The notes beneath the pieces were generated by a model, which was not told the DNA's origin, searched no databases, and saw nothing but the letters and a program-made list of their open reading frames with translations. This document shows, one piece after another, positions 40,257 through 49,658 of a DNA stretch of 64,000 nucleotides. Position 1 is the first letter of the stretch. Each line of letters opens with the position of its first letter. Position numbers and translations under genes: made by a program. Source of the stretch: Thermoproteota archaeon (lineage in GTDB: Archaea; Asgardarchaeota; Njordarchaeia; Njordarchaeales; Panguiarchaeaceae); contig JANJXX010000004.1 in the NCBI GenBank assembly GCA_024720975.1, positions 1-64,000 on the forward strand, read 5' to 3'.

Positions 40257-40522
40257 CTGACCCCCTCTCTGCACTGAATGACGGATTTGTGAAGGTTTAA
40301 GGATATCAATCAAGATAGCTATCTGAAGAGCCTGAATCATCTAAACTATAACTAAATTGATTTCGATAAGTCCCCCATGTAGGAACCCATGAATTGGCTT
40401 ATGCTAAGTGACACATTACATGGCGAAGTATGAGACTCTTCTTATCCTTCTCCTGAAATGTTGAGTGTATATGATGAAACAGTTACAACTGAAAGCCCAA
40501 CCTTTAGAGCGAAGGAGGTCAG
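40257..40522 (+). mobile_element. Degenerate non-autonomous IS200/IS605-family element (MITE-like)
   Basis: Left-end-like CTGACCCCCTCTCTGCACTGAATGACGG and right-end-like GAAAGCCCAACCTTTAGAGCGAAGGAGGTCAG resemble archaeal IS605 ends; no ORF inside. Confidence 0.5.
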
Positions 40523-40708
40523 CTATTCGTGGTACTTAAGTATCAAATGATACTCATGTCAAAAGTTGTAAGTGAAGGTGTGTACCTCTAAAACTTTTTT
40601 GTATAAGTGTTTTTGATCATCGTCTGGCAACATCACAAGTAAAATTCAGCGAAATCATGCGTAATGTTTATAATGGTAGGGTTTAGTTTGATCGCTGCGA
40701 AGGTTGTT

Positions 40709-42052
40709 CTATGTTTTCTTTTCTCGCATGGAGACGCTTGAGGCTACTACGAGTGGGTCCCATACTGGTGAGAATGGTGGTGCGTAGCCGAAGTCAATGT
40801 AGAATATGTCGTCTATTGTCAAGCCTGCGTAGAGTGCTGTGGCAATTGTGTTTATCCTGCTCATCATGCCGGCTCCAACGATTTGTCCTCCTAGTAGCTT
40901 TCTTGTGTTTTCATCGTAGATTAATTTGGCGGTGATTTTTGCTGCGTCTGGGTAATAGGAGGGTTTGTTTAGCCCTTCTATTTTCACGCTCTTAACGTTA
41001 TAGCCTTCGGCTTTTGCCTCTTTTGTGTTAAGTCCAGTATATCCTATCTCTAGATCGAAGAATTTGATGAATGAGGTACCGACAGCGCCTTTCATTTCCA
41101 TGTATGCTCCGGCTACGTTAGCTCCAGCGACTCTGCCCATTTTGTTTGCTATTTGGGCTAGAGGGAACCAGTCTGGCTTTCCTGTCACGATGTTTGTCAT
41201 TTCGGCTACATCTCCTGCGGCATACACATTCTCTAGATTTGTTTGCATTCTTGGATTGACTTTGATTGTATTCTTGAACCCAAATTTCAGTGGAGATCCA
41301 GTGAGCATGTCTGTGTTTGGCTCTATACCAATGCCAACTATGACTATGTCAGCTGGATATTCTCCTTTGTTTGTTATGACTTTTTGAACCCGCTGTTCTC
41401 CTTCAAAGGCAATGACTTCTTCCTCTTTATGTAGTTCAATGCCTTTATTTAGCAATTCTTTTTCAACGAGCTCGCTCATGTCGTCATCGAGCTTAGATAA
41501 TACTTTTGAACCATGTGTAATTACAGTTACTCTCTTTCCTTGTCGTAAGAATGCGTCGGAGAATTCAATGCCTAGTGGTCCTGCTCCTATCAAAACCACG
41601 TTTTTGCAATTCTTTAGGTCCTTTTTTATTGGTATACCATCATCTATATGTCTAATGTAATACACACCATTTAGATCTTCCCCATCTACTTTCAATCTAC
41701 GTGGTTTTGAGCCCATTGCTAAGATGAGGTAGTCATATTCAAATTCAAGTTCTTTATCATCGCTTAGAGCATAAACTTTGCATGATGAGAAATCAAACTT
41801 GTAGGCTCTAGTTCTTAAGTATATTTTGAGTCCCCTTTCTTTTTCCAGAAATTCTGCAGGGTAATGCACGAGTTTTGATTCATCGTCAAAGAAGCCGCCT
41901 AAGAAGAATGGTAAAGCGCAGGGAGCATGTGAAACATGATTTTTGGCTTCAAGAACTATGACTTCAAGCTCTGGGCTTGTCCTTTTTGCTTTTGCTGCGG
42001 CAGCCATGCCAGCTGCTCCCCCACCAACGACTACAACTCTCTTAGGAGCCAC
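40709..42052 (-). CDS. cdr: CoA-disulfide reductase / NADH oxidase family flavoprotein
   Basis: GGGAAG, SHAPCALP active Cys, GAGPLGIE, YAAGD, YAPPFSPVWDP. Confidence 0.88.
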   Translation of the reverse strand: MAPKRVVVVGGGAAGMAAAAKAKRTSPELEVIVLEAKNHVSHAPCALPFFLGGFFDDESKLVHYPAEFLEKERGLKIYLRTRAYKFDFSSCKVYALSDDKELEFEYDYLILAMGSKPRRLKVDGEDLNGVYYIRHIDDGIPIKKDLKNCKNVVLIGAGPLGIEFSDAFLRQGKRVTVITHGSKVLSKLDDDMSELVEKELLNKGIELHKEEEVIAFEGEQRVQKVITNKGEYPADIVIVGIGIEPNTDMLTGSPLKFGFKNTIKVNPRMQTNLENVYAAGDVAEMTNIVTGKPDWFPLAQIANKMGRVAGANVAGAYMEMKGAVGTSFIKFFDLEIGYTGLNTKEAKAEGYNVKSVKIEGLNKPSYYPDAAKITAKLIYDENTRKLLGGQIVGAGMMSRINTIATALYAGLTIDDIFYIDFGYAPPFSPVWDPLVVASSVSMREKKT

Positions 42053-42145
42053 TTTGATTCCCCTAGACTTTTTAATCCAAAAATCACTGTTTGAAGTTAA
42101 GAGGCGCAAAATGTACGCAAAATATTATTATAAGCTCTAACTTTC

Positions 42146-43063
42146 TCAAGACGCAAGACTTTCGGTTATAAACTCAAACTCTCTTAAAGTTAGTAGATCT
42201 CTTGCTAGATCTTTATATGCTAAAAACCCAAAGACTGATGCTATTATTACTCCAGGGATTCCAAGCATGAGGTGCATATAATCGCTAGCTCCTGGATACA
42301 GGACCTCGCTAAGGAATACGAAGGCATTTATAGCACCGTGTCCTAGTGCGGGGGCTAGTACACTTCCTGTTTTCATTCTAAGCCAGGTCAATATTGCTCC
42401 GTGGGCTATACAAAAGGGTATGAATAGAAGCAAACCGAGGGCCTTTAGATTTTTGTAATTGTAACCAGTGAAGATTATCAATGGTGCATGCCAGATGGCC
42501 CAGATTGCACCTATGAAGAGTATAGTTCGCTCGAGGGAGTTCTCTATTAAGAGCTTGTCTAAGAGATAACCTCGCCACCCAATTTCTTCTCCGAGAGCGA
42601 GTAGAGCATAAGCTATTGGTGCTAATAGTATAGTAATTAACACTAACTTGTAAAGCTCGCTTGGTGGAATTCCCATGCGAATTGCCATCCAGTACAGTTT
42701 GATTTTATACTCTGTCAAACTCCAATCTATGTTTATTCCAAGGATGCTCGATAGGGCTGCCGCCAAGACCACAATCGTCGCAGGATATACGTATGCAGGA
42801 ATCAAAAATTTTGAATTTCTAATTCTGATCCGCAAGAAATGAGGCATTTCGTTTAGAATGTTGACCATAATTCCTGCCATTGCCGCTGGGATAAAGATTA
42901 GTATGAGCATAAGCATATCAGCAATGATATTTTCTTTGCGAAGATTCTCAAGTATTATGGCAGCTTCAAGTATGTATGAGATAACAAAGACATAGATTAG
43001 ATACAGTTTCGTGTTCCTGTCAATTTTAATAAACAATTCCTGTCTCCCCCTTATAAATAACAA
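42146..43063 (-). CDS. CPBP (CAAX/Abi) intramembrane metalloprotease
   Basis: EEIGWRG, WAIWH, HGAIN. Confidence 0.92.
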   Translation of the reverse strand: MLFIRGRQELFIKIDRNTKLYLIYVFVISYILEAAIILENLRKENIIADMLMLILIFIPAAMAGIMVNILNEMPHFLRIRIRNSKFLIPAYVYPATIVVLAAALSSILGINIDWSLTEYKIKLYWMAIRMGIPPSELYKLVLITILLAPIAYALLALGEEIGWRGYLLDKLLIENSLERTILFIGAIWAIWHAPLIIFTGYNYKNLKALGLLLFIPFCIAHGAILTWLRMKTGSVLAPALGHGAINAFVFLSEVLYPGASDYMHLMLGIPGVIIASVFGFLAYKDLARDLLTLREFEFITESLAS

Positions 43064-43166
43064 AAGACCCTTTTAATGCATCAAAGGTGATGATAACGAC
43101 TAAGCTTGCTGGCCTAGAATTTATAACAATGAGCTAACTCTAACTTACGTAATCGGGTGATGGAGA

Positions 43167-43631
43167 ATGCTACCCCTGGCGCACCTAGCTGTGACTTACA
43201 TACTTTGGCGTATTCTAGGGATTTTCTTCGAGACCGATATGATTTCTTTAGCTCTCGGAATAACATTTGGTGTTCTCATTGATGGTGATGTTATCCTAAA
43301 GGGATCAAAACACCGGGAATCAATGTTTCATAGCTTTGTCCTTTGGTTTGTGTTGATCCTCTTGCTATATTTACTCAAAATAGAATACTGGTGGACTGCA
43401 CTTTTTGGAGTAGCGCATATAATGCTTGATATGATTGATTGGGATGTCTATCCATTTTATCCCATTTCAAAAAAGGCGCTGGGTCTTCGCATACTTGCTC
43501 GAAAATCCAAACTTATCGTAGGCAAAAATCAGCTTAATGAGTTCGTGCTGGAATACGTTAGGAATAGGTATTTCGTAGTGTCAGAGATACTTTTGGGAAT
43601 GACTGCGCTTATCACCTACATATACTTGTAG
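43167..43631 (+). CDS. Membrane-bound metal-dependent hydrolase (YdjM-like)
   Basis: H, IDGD, HRESMFHS, HIMLD, PFYP. Confidence 0.8.
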   Translation: MLPLAHLAVTYILWRILGIFFETDMISLALGITFGVLIDGDVILKGSKHRESMFHSFVLWFVLILLLYLLKIEYWWTALFGVAHIMLDMIDWDVYPFYPISKKALGLRILARKSKLIVGKNQLNEFVLEYVRNRYFVVSEILLGMTALITYIYL

Positions 43632-43702
43632 GATATTCTTATTCAAATGAACTCAATCTGACAAAGACTTCTCACTAAATTCGCAGGGTCTTTGGCAAGT
43701 GT

Positions 43703-44563
43703 TTAAAAGTTCCATGGATTGGACTGCTTATCTCCCCACCTCTTTATAAATTCTCTAACATAGTTTTGGGCGGATTCTCTTAGCACGTTTAGGGTTTCTT
43801 GAATATCGGCTCTGAAGTTTATGGCAACTATTGTCATAGACAATTCATCGTTATTTTCTGCAACGGCAGCCAGTTTTGTTCCATTCATTCCAAGAACAGC
43901 AAACTTGAATTCTGGATCAAATAAGAGTCTACTGTATGGGTTGCAGATTTTGTTTACCAGATCTTTTTTGCCTGCAATAGATATTGGCAAACCTTGTGAG
44001 TCATACAATGCAATAGCATCTGCACCAAGTCTTTCCGCCAGCGCCTGAGATATGAAATCTATGTAGTTTCCCTTCAAGTCAGCATACAAACTCTTTAGGA
44101 GTATTAGCATGCTCAATGGATCGTATATGCTAGTCTCCAGAACCAGAGCGCCCAAGCGCTTTCCCATTATCTGCTCCTTTATTTTCTCGCCAGATAGGAC
44201 ATTTCCAGCGTCTTGTTTATGGGCGAGAAGAATTATCTTCGGCTTTTTGACAGCATACTTTATGTACATTTTTCTTACGAATTCAAAGTATTCTTTGGCT
44301 TCTGGTAGTCTTTCTGGTCTTGATGAATCAACAACAAAAACTATATAATCAGCTGATGGGAATAGTATCTTGTAGAAGTCCTCATTCAGCCTATATACCT
44401 CCTGTCCTGGAATTATAGAGATTGTTAATTCAGCCCTACTTAGTCTCTCAACACCCGTGGAAGCGGTTGTCTTAGATGCTCTCTCGCTATCGAGATACTG
44501 TAAGTATAATTTTATTGATGTCTTCCCAGCCCGATCAAGACCTACAAATACAGCATTTATCAT
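43703..44563 (-). CDS. Rag/Arf-like small GTPase with C-terminal roadblock/longin-like domain
   Basis: G1 GLDRAGKTS, G3 IIPGQ (Asp absent), FVVDS, G4 HKQD, G5 TSI; C-terminal AIALYDSQGLPI. Confidence 0.8.
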   Translation of the reverse strand: MINAVFVGLDRAGKTSIKLYLQYLDSERASKTTASTGVERLSRAELTISIIPGQEVYRLNEDFYKILFPSADYIVFVVDSSRPERLPEAKEYFEFVRKMYIKYAVKKPKIILLAHKQDAGNVLSGEKIKEQIMGKRLGALVLETSIYDPLSMLILLKSLYADLKGNYIDFISQALAERLGADAIALYDSQGLPISIAGKKDLVNKICNPYSRLLFDPEFKFAVLGMNGTKLAAVAENNDELSMTIVAINFRADIQETLNVLRESAQNYVREFIKRWGDKQSNPWNF

Positions 44564-44712
44564 AAAGCTCTCACCAAAAGTCTAGAAGCGCCATTTTCTT
44601 ATAATGGCAAGTATTGCTTATGTATTATCAAGGAGTTGCAGGCGTCTGGGGACTCTAAGTACGTATTCCTAGTAAATTTTGGTAGGAATAAAGTTTGCGG
44701 ACGAGGGCTTGT

Positions 44713-44752
44713 CTGATATCCTAGCTCTAAAGGGCGAGACTTCCAATTATAA
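44713..44752 (-). repeat. IS605-like end remnant, inverted copy upstream of moaC
   Basis: Reverse complement TTATAATTGGAAGTCTCGCCCTTTAGAGCTAGGATATCAG; 31/40 identical to 45843-45882. Confidence 0.65.
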
Positions 44753-44848
44753 GGTCTAAAAATTTGTTCAATTTGCTATCTAAGCTATTTTAGTTTTTTG
44801 TAATATAAATCCTGCATGCAAGATGAATTAAGCTTGGTGACTTATAGC

Positions 44849-45301
44849 ATGGCAAGGATGGTAGATATAACGCACAAGAAAGACCTAGTACGAATTGCTA
44901 CAGCAAGAGGCAAAATTCATTTGCGAAGGGAGACAATTCAATTAATTAAGGAGGGACGAGTGGAGAAGGGCGATGTTGTAACGATAACAAAAATTGTTGC
45001 TATAGATGCAGTTAAGAGGACTTCGGAGCTTCTTCCATTTTGCCATCCGATAGGAATAACTCATGTAGATGCTGATGTCAGACTTTTTGATGATTATGTA
45101 GAAGTTGAGGTTACTGTTAAGGGTTTGGCTAAGACTGGCGTCGAAATGGAGGCACTTACTGGCGTTAGTCTTGCTCTGCTAAATGTGTGGGATATGGTTA
45201 AAAAGTACGAGAAGGATGAAACTGGAAACTATCCATGGACAAAGATCTCAGATATTGTGGTCGTGAAGAAGGTGAAGTTAGATGAGTCACAAATGCCATG
45301 A
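44849..45301 (+). CDS. moaC: Cyclic pyranopterin monophosphate synthase
   Basis: MVDITHK, KGDV, LLPFCHP, KTGVEMEAL, WDMVK. Confidence 0.95.
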   Translation: MARMVDITHKKDLVRIATARGKIHLRRETIQLIKEGRVEKGDVVTITKIVAIDAVKRTSELLPFCHPIGITHVDADVRLFDDYVEVEVTVKGLAKTGVEMEALTGVSLALLNVWDMVKKYEKDETGNYPWTKISDIVVVKKVKLDESQMP

Positions 45302-45830
45302 GGAAGAGGCTAAAGCGAGTATAGGAGTGGTAAGATTCTCTATCTATGTAGTGAGTACATCAAGATACGAAGCTATTCGGAAGGGTGAGAATGTTGAAGA
45401 TGTTAGTGGCGAATTGGCCATTCAGATTATTAAATCTGCTGGGTTCGAGGTAGTATCAAAGGAAATAATTCCAGACTCAAGGGAAGCTATAATACAAGCT
45501 CTAAAGAAAGCTTCTACAGCTGGTGCTGACATTATACTATTCATTGGTGGTACCGGAATAACGTGGGATGATGTCACAGTGGAAACACTTGAACTCATGT
45601 TTGACAAGAGAATAGAAGGATTTGGAGAGCTCTTTAGGTTCTTATCGTACCAAGAAATTGGGCCCGCAGCTATGATATCAAGGGCTACTGCAGGCACTTA
45701 CAAGCACTCAGCAGTGTTTGCTATTCCTGGTTCACCATCAGCAGTTGAATTAGCTCTTAAGAAACTGATTACGCCTGAAGCAAAGCACATAGTATACTTA
45801 TCCAGACGTTCAGCTCCGCATACCCCTTGA
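45282..45830 (+). CDS. moaB: Molybdopterin adenylyltransferase MoaB/MogA family
   Basis: DVSG, GGTGITWDDVT, GFGELFR, SRATAG, PGSP. Confidence 0.93.
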   Translation: MSHKCHEEEAKASIGVVRFSIYVVSTSRYEAIRKGENVEDVSGELAIQIIKSAGFEVVSKEIIPDSREAIIQALKKASTAGADIILFIGGTGITWDDVTVETLELMFDKRIEGFGELFRFLSYQEIGPAAMISRATAGTYKHSAVFAIPGSPSAVELALKKLITPEAKHIVYLSRRSAPHTP

Positions 45831-45842
45831 GAGCTTGTATTT

Positions 45843-45882
45843 TTACAACTAAAAGTCTCGCCCTTAAGAGCGAGGAGGCCAG
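45843..45882 (+). repeat. IS605-like right-end remnant downstream of moaB
   Basis: TTACAACTAAAAGTCTCGCCCTTAAGAGCGAGGAGGCCAG; similar to 40483-40522 and inverted relative to 44713-44752. Confidence 0.65.
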
Positions 45883-45942
45883 ATGATTAGTAAACTATGC
45901 TCCTAACGATTTATAATTACCTGGTGACCTAGAGTTGCGGCA

Positions 45943-47124
45943 CTATCCCATGTCTGGGATAAATTTCTTTTGAAGATCGGCAAACTCAAGCAATAAGTCC
46001 ACATTCTCTGGACCCTCTATTCTGGCGATTTTGGAGAGATGTAACGCGGCTTCCTTTATGATAAGCTTCCTTGCAAATTCGTATACAGTGTCTGTAATTC
46101 TGGTCATTTTATCGACCTGGTCCATTGGATATGGGCAGGCTGTGTTGGACGAATTTGCATTTAACCAATGCAGGATATTTTTAACACCTAATCCTTTATA
46201 GTCTGCGATCTCAAATCTGATTACATGCTTTGATCTGATCGGTTTCATGAAGCCAATCCAGATATCTTTGACCCATGAGTTCTCATCTACAAACCTCATA
46301 AAAATGTCTTTCTTTCCTTCCTTCACAAGAGTCCTATCTATAACACGCGATGATTCAACAGATCCAATGAGTAAAGCCTCTCCTGGCTGGAGCAGCAGTG
46401 TTAGTAATGCTTTATCGTTAAGTTTCAAGTGGTTTTTATTGATCTTAATTTCACCCTGTTCTTCCATAAGATCTATCAGGCCGCGTTCAATAAAATGTGA
46501 ATCTACTCTCTTGACTATTCCTATTAAAACCTTATTTTTATTACGCGCCTCAGCAGCAACTTCTCTAGAGATTTCCAATACCTTCTTTTCATCTTCATAA
46601 AAATGCCTTGTTATTAGTACCAATGGCCAAAGTGGAAGTAGTGGTCCATCATATATCAGGAGGTCCCATTGTGGGGTGCTGTATTTGTCTTTTTGAAGAA
46701 GATCCTTTGCTATACTCATTTCTACAATCTTTGAGATGGCAGTCTGCGTTCGCGCCGTAAATTTCCCGAGCTTCAATTCAACTTTTAGACCTCTATTCAA
46801 TCCTGGATCAGTACTATCAATTCTTGGATACCTTACATAACCACCAAGTACAATGAACATATCCCCATAAACGAGCGGAAGCGGTGCTTTGAATGATGAA
46901 TCAACTGCATATGCACCGCCAATCTCAGGAACTTTTCGTGGATCAAGCTTTACTATTTCCACTAGACTACTGCTTTTGATTGCATCACGAATATTAGTAA
47001 TGCTTTTGATTAAACCCTCCATGTGTTTGCTTATACCTTGTGCCACTTCTAATGATTTCCTTACAAGTTCTGTGACGGCTTCAGGTACAAGATCCGGTAT
47101 TCTCTCTTCCTCCCAAATTTCCAA
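45943..47124 (-). CDS. nurA: NurA-family nuclease
   Basis: AVDSS, YDGPL, IGIVKR, ND, RFE, PYP; directly downstream of herA. Confidence 0.82.
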   Translation of the reverse strand: MEIWEEERIPDLVPEAVTELVRKSLEVAQGISKHMEGLIKSITNIRDAIKSSSLVEIVKLDPRKVPEIGGAYAVDSSFKAPLPLVYGDMFIVLGGYVRYPRIDSTDPGLNRGLKVELKLGKFTARTQTAISKIVEMSIAKDLLQKDKYSTPQWDLLIYDGPLLPLWPLVLITRHFYEDEKKVLEISREVAAEARNKNKVLIGIVKRVDSHFIERGLIDLMEEQGEIKINKNHLKLNDKALLTLLLQPGEALLIGSVESSRVIDRTLVKEGKKDIFMRFVDENSWVKDIWIGFMKPIRSKHVIRFEIADYKGLGVKNILHWLNANSSNTACPYPMDQVDKMTRITDTVYEFARKLIIKEAALHLSKIARIEGPENVDLLLEFADLQKKFIPDMG

Positions 47125-47133
47125 ACTGACCGC

Positions 47134-48804
47134 CTACTTTACCTCTCTAACTCTTATCGCAATTGGTTTCCTCAGGGGGCTCATTAATCCTGCAACGTAG
47201 AATTCTCTAGGCATAAGTTGTGCCAGGTCTGATTCATCAATTCCCGCTATGTCAGCGAACTCCCTAATCTCTTTTAAGTCAGTTGTTTGACTTAATCTAG
47301 AGAAGAACACTGTGTTCAAATTCGCTCTTATGTCTGGATCTACGCTTCCTGCTAATCTTTGTGATAATACTATCAAACCGTATCCCCACTTTCGCCCTTC
47401 ACGCGCAATTTTCTCCACTTGTCCCTCGCAATAGTCACCGCCCCAGGCATAATTTTGTGCCTCATCTATTACAATAACCGTATTTATTGGAACATACCTA
47501 TGCTTCCCGCTTAAGAAGTTCTCTCTATAGATCCACTTCCACCCATAGTCTATGATGTCTCCGACAATCGCCTTTTTCATTTCTAAGGTGTACTCAAATG
47601 AGAGATCTATAACCAGCGGTTTTCCTTGTCGCTTAGCATCACGCGCTAGATCAAACAAAGCTCCTATAGGGCGCTCCCTCCTCAAGAGCATTATCTCTAG
47701 GTCTTCTGGCTTAATGAAGTAACTCATTCGCCAAGCGAGGTTCTCGACTGTTTCTGGCCTCGCACCAAGCTTGCTTGCCACTCTTTTGAGCAACTCTGTC
47801 ATATTTGCATGAATATCATTGAGCAGCTTCGAACGACCTTCGGTATCCACGGTAGACTTTAATTCCTTTTTGTACTTTTGTATGAATTCCCTAAGTTTCG
47901 TAGCAGATTGTCCTATGTGGGCATCTCTATGAACTTGACTTAGCCCCTTTCTGTAACTTTCAATATTAACAGGTTCTGGTTTCTCTTCTTGACCTTCCAT
48001 GCATTTCTTGAGTTCTATGCTAAAACATTCTAGATAAGTTGAATAATAGTCGCTTAGCCTCAGTGTTTCCATGAAAAAGTCAGCTATTCCTGAGGGGCCA
48101 AGGTCTACTTCCAGTGAGGTAATTGTTGTGTCGGGATAGAAGACTGTATAATCCATACCAGTATGATCAAAGATTATTACAGAAAACTCAGTTTTTTGAA
48201 CGATTTCATCTATGAGCACCTTAGCTAATCTCGATTTTCCCATGCCTGTTGCTCCAAAAATGCCGATATGATATTGGATATACCTAGAATCTAGAGGAAC
48301 TTCGACATCCCCAGAGTATTTGTGCGTGCCGACGACAAGTGGAGACTGCATTCCAGTTAAGGACGATGCAATAAGACTTGTCAGTAGATCGCCACGCCTT
48401 ACTCTATAGACCTTGCTTCCCGGAAATGGTACATATGTAACATTCCAACTGATGCCAGCAATGCGATTATCTTGGGTGGCTATTTCCGCAATGGGTATTA
48501 CATATACATTTGTATATGTAAGTTTCTCGATCCTGTCTATGGCATCTGGATATTCCTCAACGCCAACCTTGACACGCGGTCTTAAGTAGGGTTCAAGCCT
48601 GCGTATCCATCGTACAACACCAAGTATTATGGGAGTTCCTGGATGTTCTTCATCATGAACTAACGCAAGCGTTTCGGTTCTTATTGAGGTCGCAGGTTGA
48701 CCGGCGAATATAGATATTGGGATGGCTGTTACAGACGCATCTGATAGAACGAAGCCGATTAAATCATTACCTAGAAAGTCGGAAATGGTTACATTATTTG
48801 TCAA
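47134..48804 (-). CDS. herA: HerA-family ATPase/translocase
   Basis: N-terminal HAS-barrel-like region, HIGIFGATGMGKS, FDHTG, IDEAQ, AREGRK, SQR. Confidence 0.88.
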   Translation of the reverse strand: MTNNVTISDFLGNDLIGFVLSDASVTAIPISIFAGQPATSIRTETLALVHDEEHPGTPIILGVVRWIRRLEPYLRPRVKVGVEEYPDAIDRIEKLTYTNVYVIPIAEIATQDNRIAGISWNVTYVPFPGSKVYRVRRGDLLTSLIASSLTGMQSPLVVGTHKYSGDVEVPLDSRYIQYHIGIFGATGMGKSRLAKVLIDEIVQKTEFSVIIFDHTGMDYTVFYPDTTITSLEVDLGPSGIADFFMETLRLSDYYSTYLECFSIELKKCMEGQEEKPEPVNIESYRKGLSQVHRDAHIGQSATKLREFIQKYKKELKSTVDTEGRSKLLNDIHANMTELLKRVASKLGARPETVENLAWRMSYFIKPEDLEIMLLRRERPIGALFDLARDAKRQGKPLVIDLSFEYTLEMKKAIVGDIIDYGWKWIYRENFLSGKHRYVPINTVIVIDEAQNYAWGGDYCEGQVEKIAREGRKWGYGLIVLSQRLAGSVDPDIRANLNTVFFSRLSQTTDLKEIREFADIAGIDESDLAQLMPREFYVAGLMSPLRKPIAIRVREVK

Positions 48805-48878
48805 GAGATGTCACCAGATTTACTTTACTTTAAATGTTCTTCAAATAAAGGCATACAAAAAGTAACTTGGTGACATTA

Positions 48879-49514
48879 ATGATGACAACGCTACTATTCT
48901 ATGAGGATCAATACCTTAAGGAAGCGAGAGCTAGGGTCATAAAAATTGAAGATAACGTTGTTTGGTTAGATCAAACCATATTCTTTGCAGAGAGTGGTGG
49001 TCAAGAATCTGACCAAGGATTTGTAGGCGGTATCCCACTAGTTGACGTTCGACCAGATGATTTCGGACACGTCTTATCTAGAGCCCCCAATTTTAGTGCT
49101 GGAGATGAAGTACACCTCGTTCTAGATTGGGAAAGACGCTATAGGCTCATGCGTCTTCACTCTGCTCTGCATCTTGTAAGCATTGCTGTTAAAGAAATAC
49201 TAGGTGATCTTGAAATAATAGGATCACATGTAGGTGCTGACAAATCCAGAATCGATTATGCCTTCATGGGGCGTATTTCTGATTACTTTAACATGATTAA
49301 GGAATTTATCGAACCGTACCTCAAAGAATCTCACGAAATTATAGTTTATCGAAAGCCAGAAAATCCACAGGTGCGAATTTGGAAAATGGAGCAGTGGGAA
49401 ATACCCTGCTCTGGACTTCACGTTAGAAGTACTAAAGAGATCGGCCAGATAGAGCTTAAGAGAAGAAACCTAGGGAAAGGAAAGGAACGCATTGAAGTAT
49501 ATCTTAAGGAGTAG
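48879..49514 (+). CDS. alaX: Alanyl-tRNA editing protein AlaX
   Basis: LDQTIFFAESGGQ.SD, MRLHSALH, PCSGLHV. Confidence 0.92.
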   Translation: MMTTLLFYEDQYLKEARARVIKIEDNVVWLDQTIFFAESGGQESDQGFVGGIPLVDVRPDDFGHVLSRAPNFSAGDEVHLVLDWERRYRLMRLHSALHLVSIAVKEILGDLEIIGSHVGADKSRIDYAFMGRISDYFNMIKEFIEPYLKESHEIIVYRKPENPQVRIWKMEQWEIPCSGLHVRSTKEIGQIELKRRNLGKGKERIEVYLKE

Positions 49515-49658
49515 CGCCAAACACTCTTGAGAAATGCACATTACATTCTTTTCTTTCTTGCAGAAACATAACTATTCCTCACGATTTTTTCAATCTTTTA
49601 TAACCTCATGCAGACATAACATATTATAGCTTTTGCATCTATTTTTCCCATGATTTGA

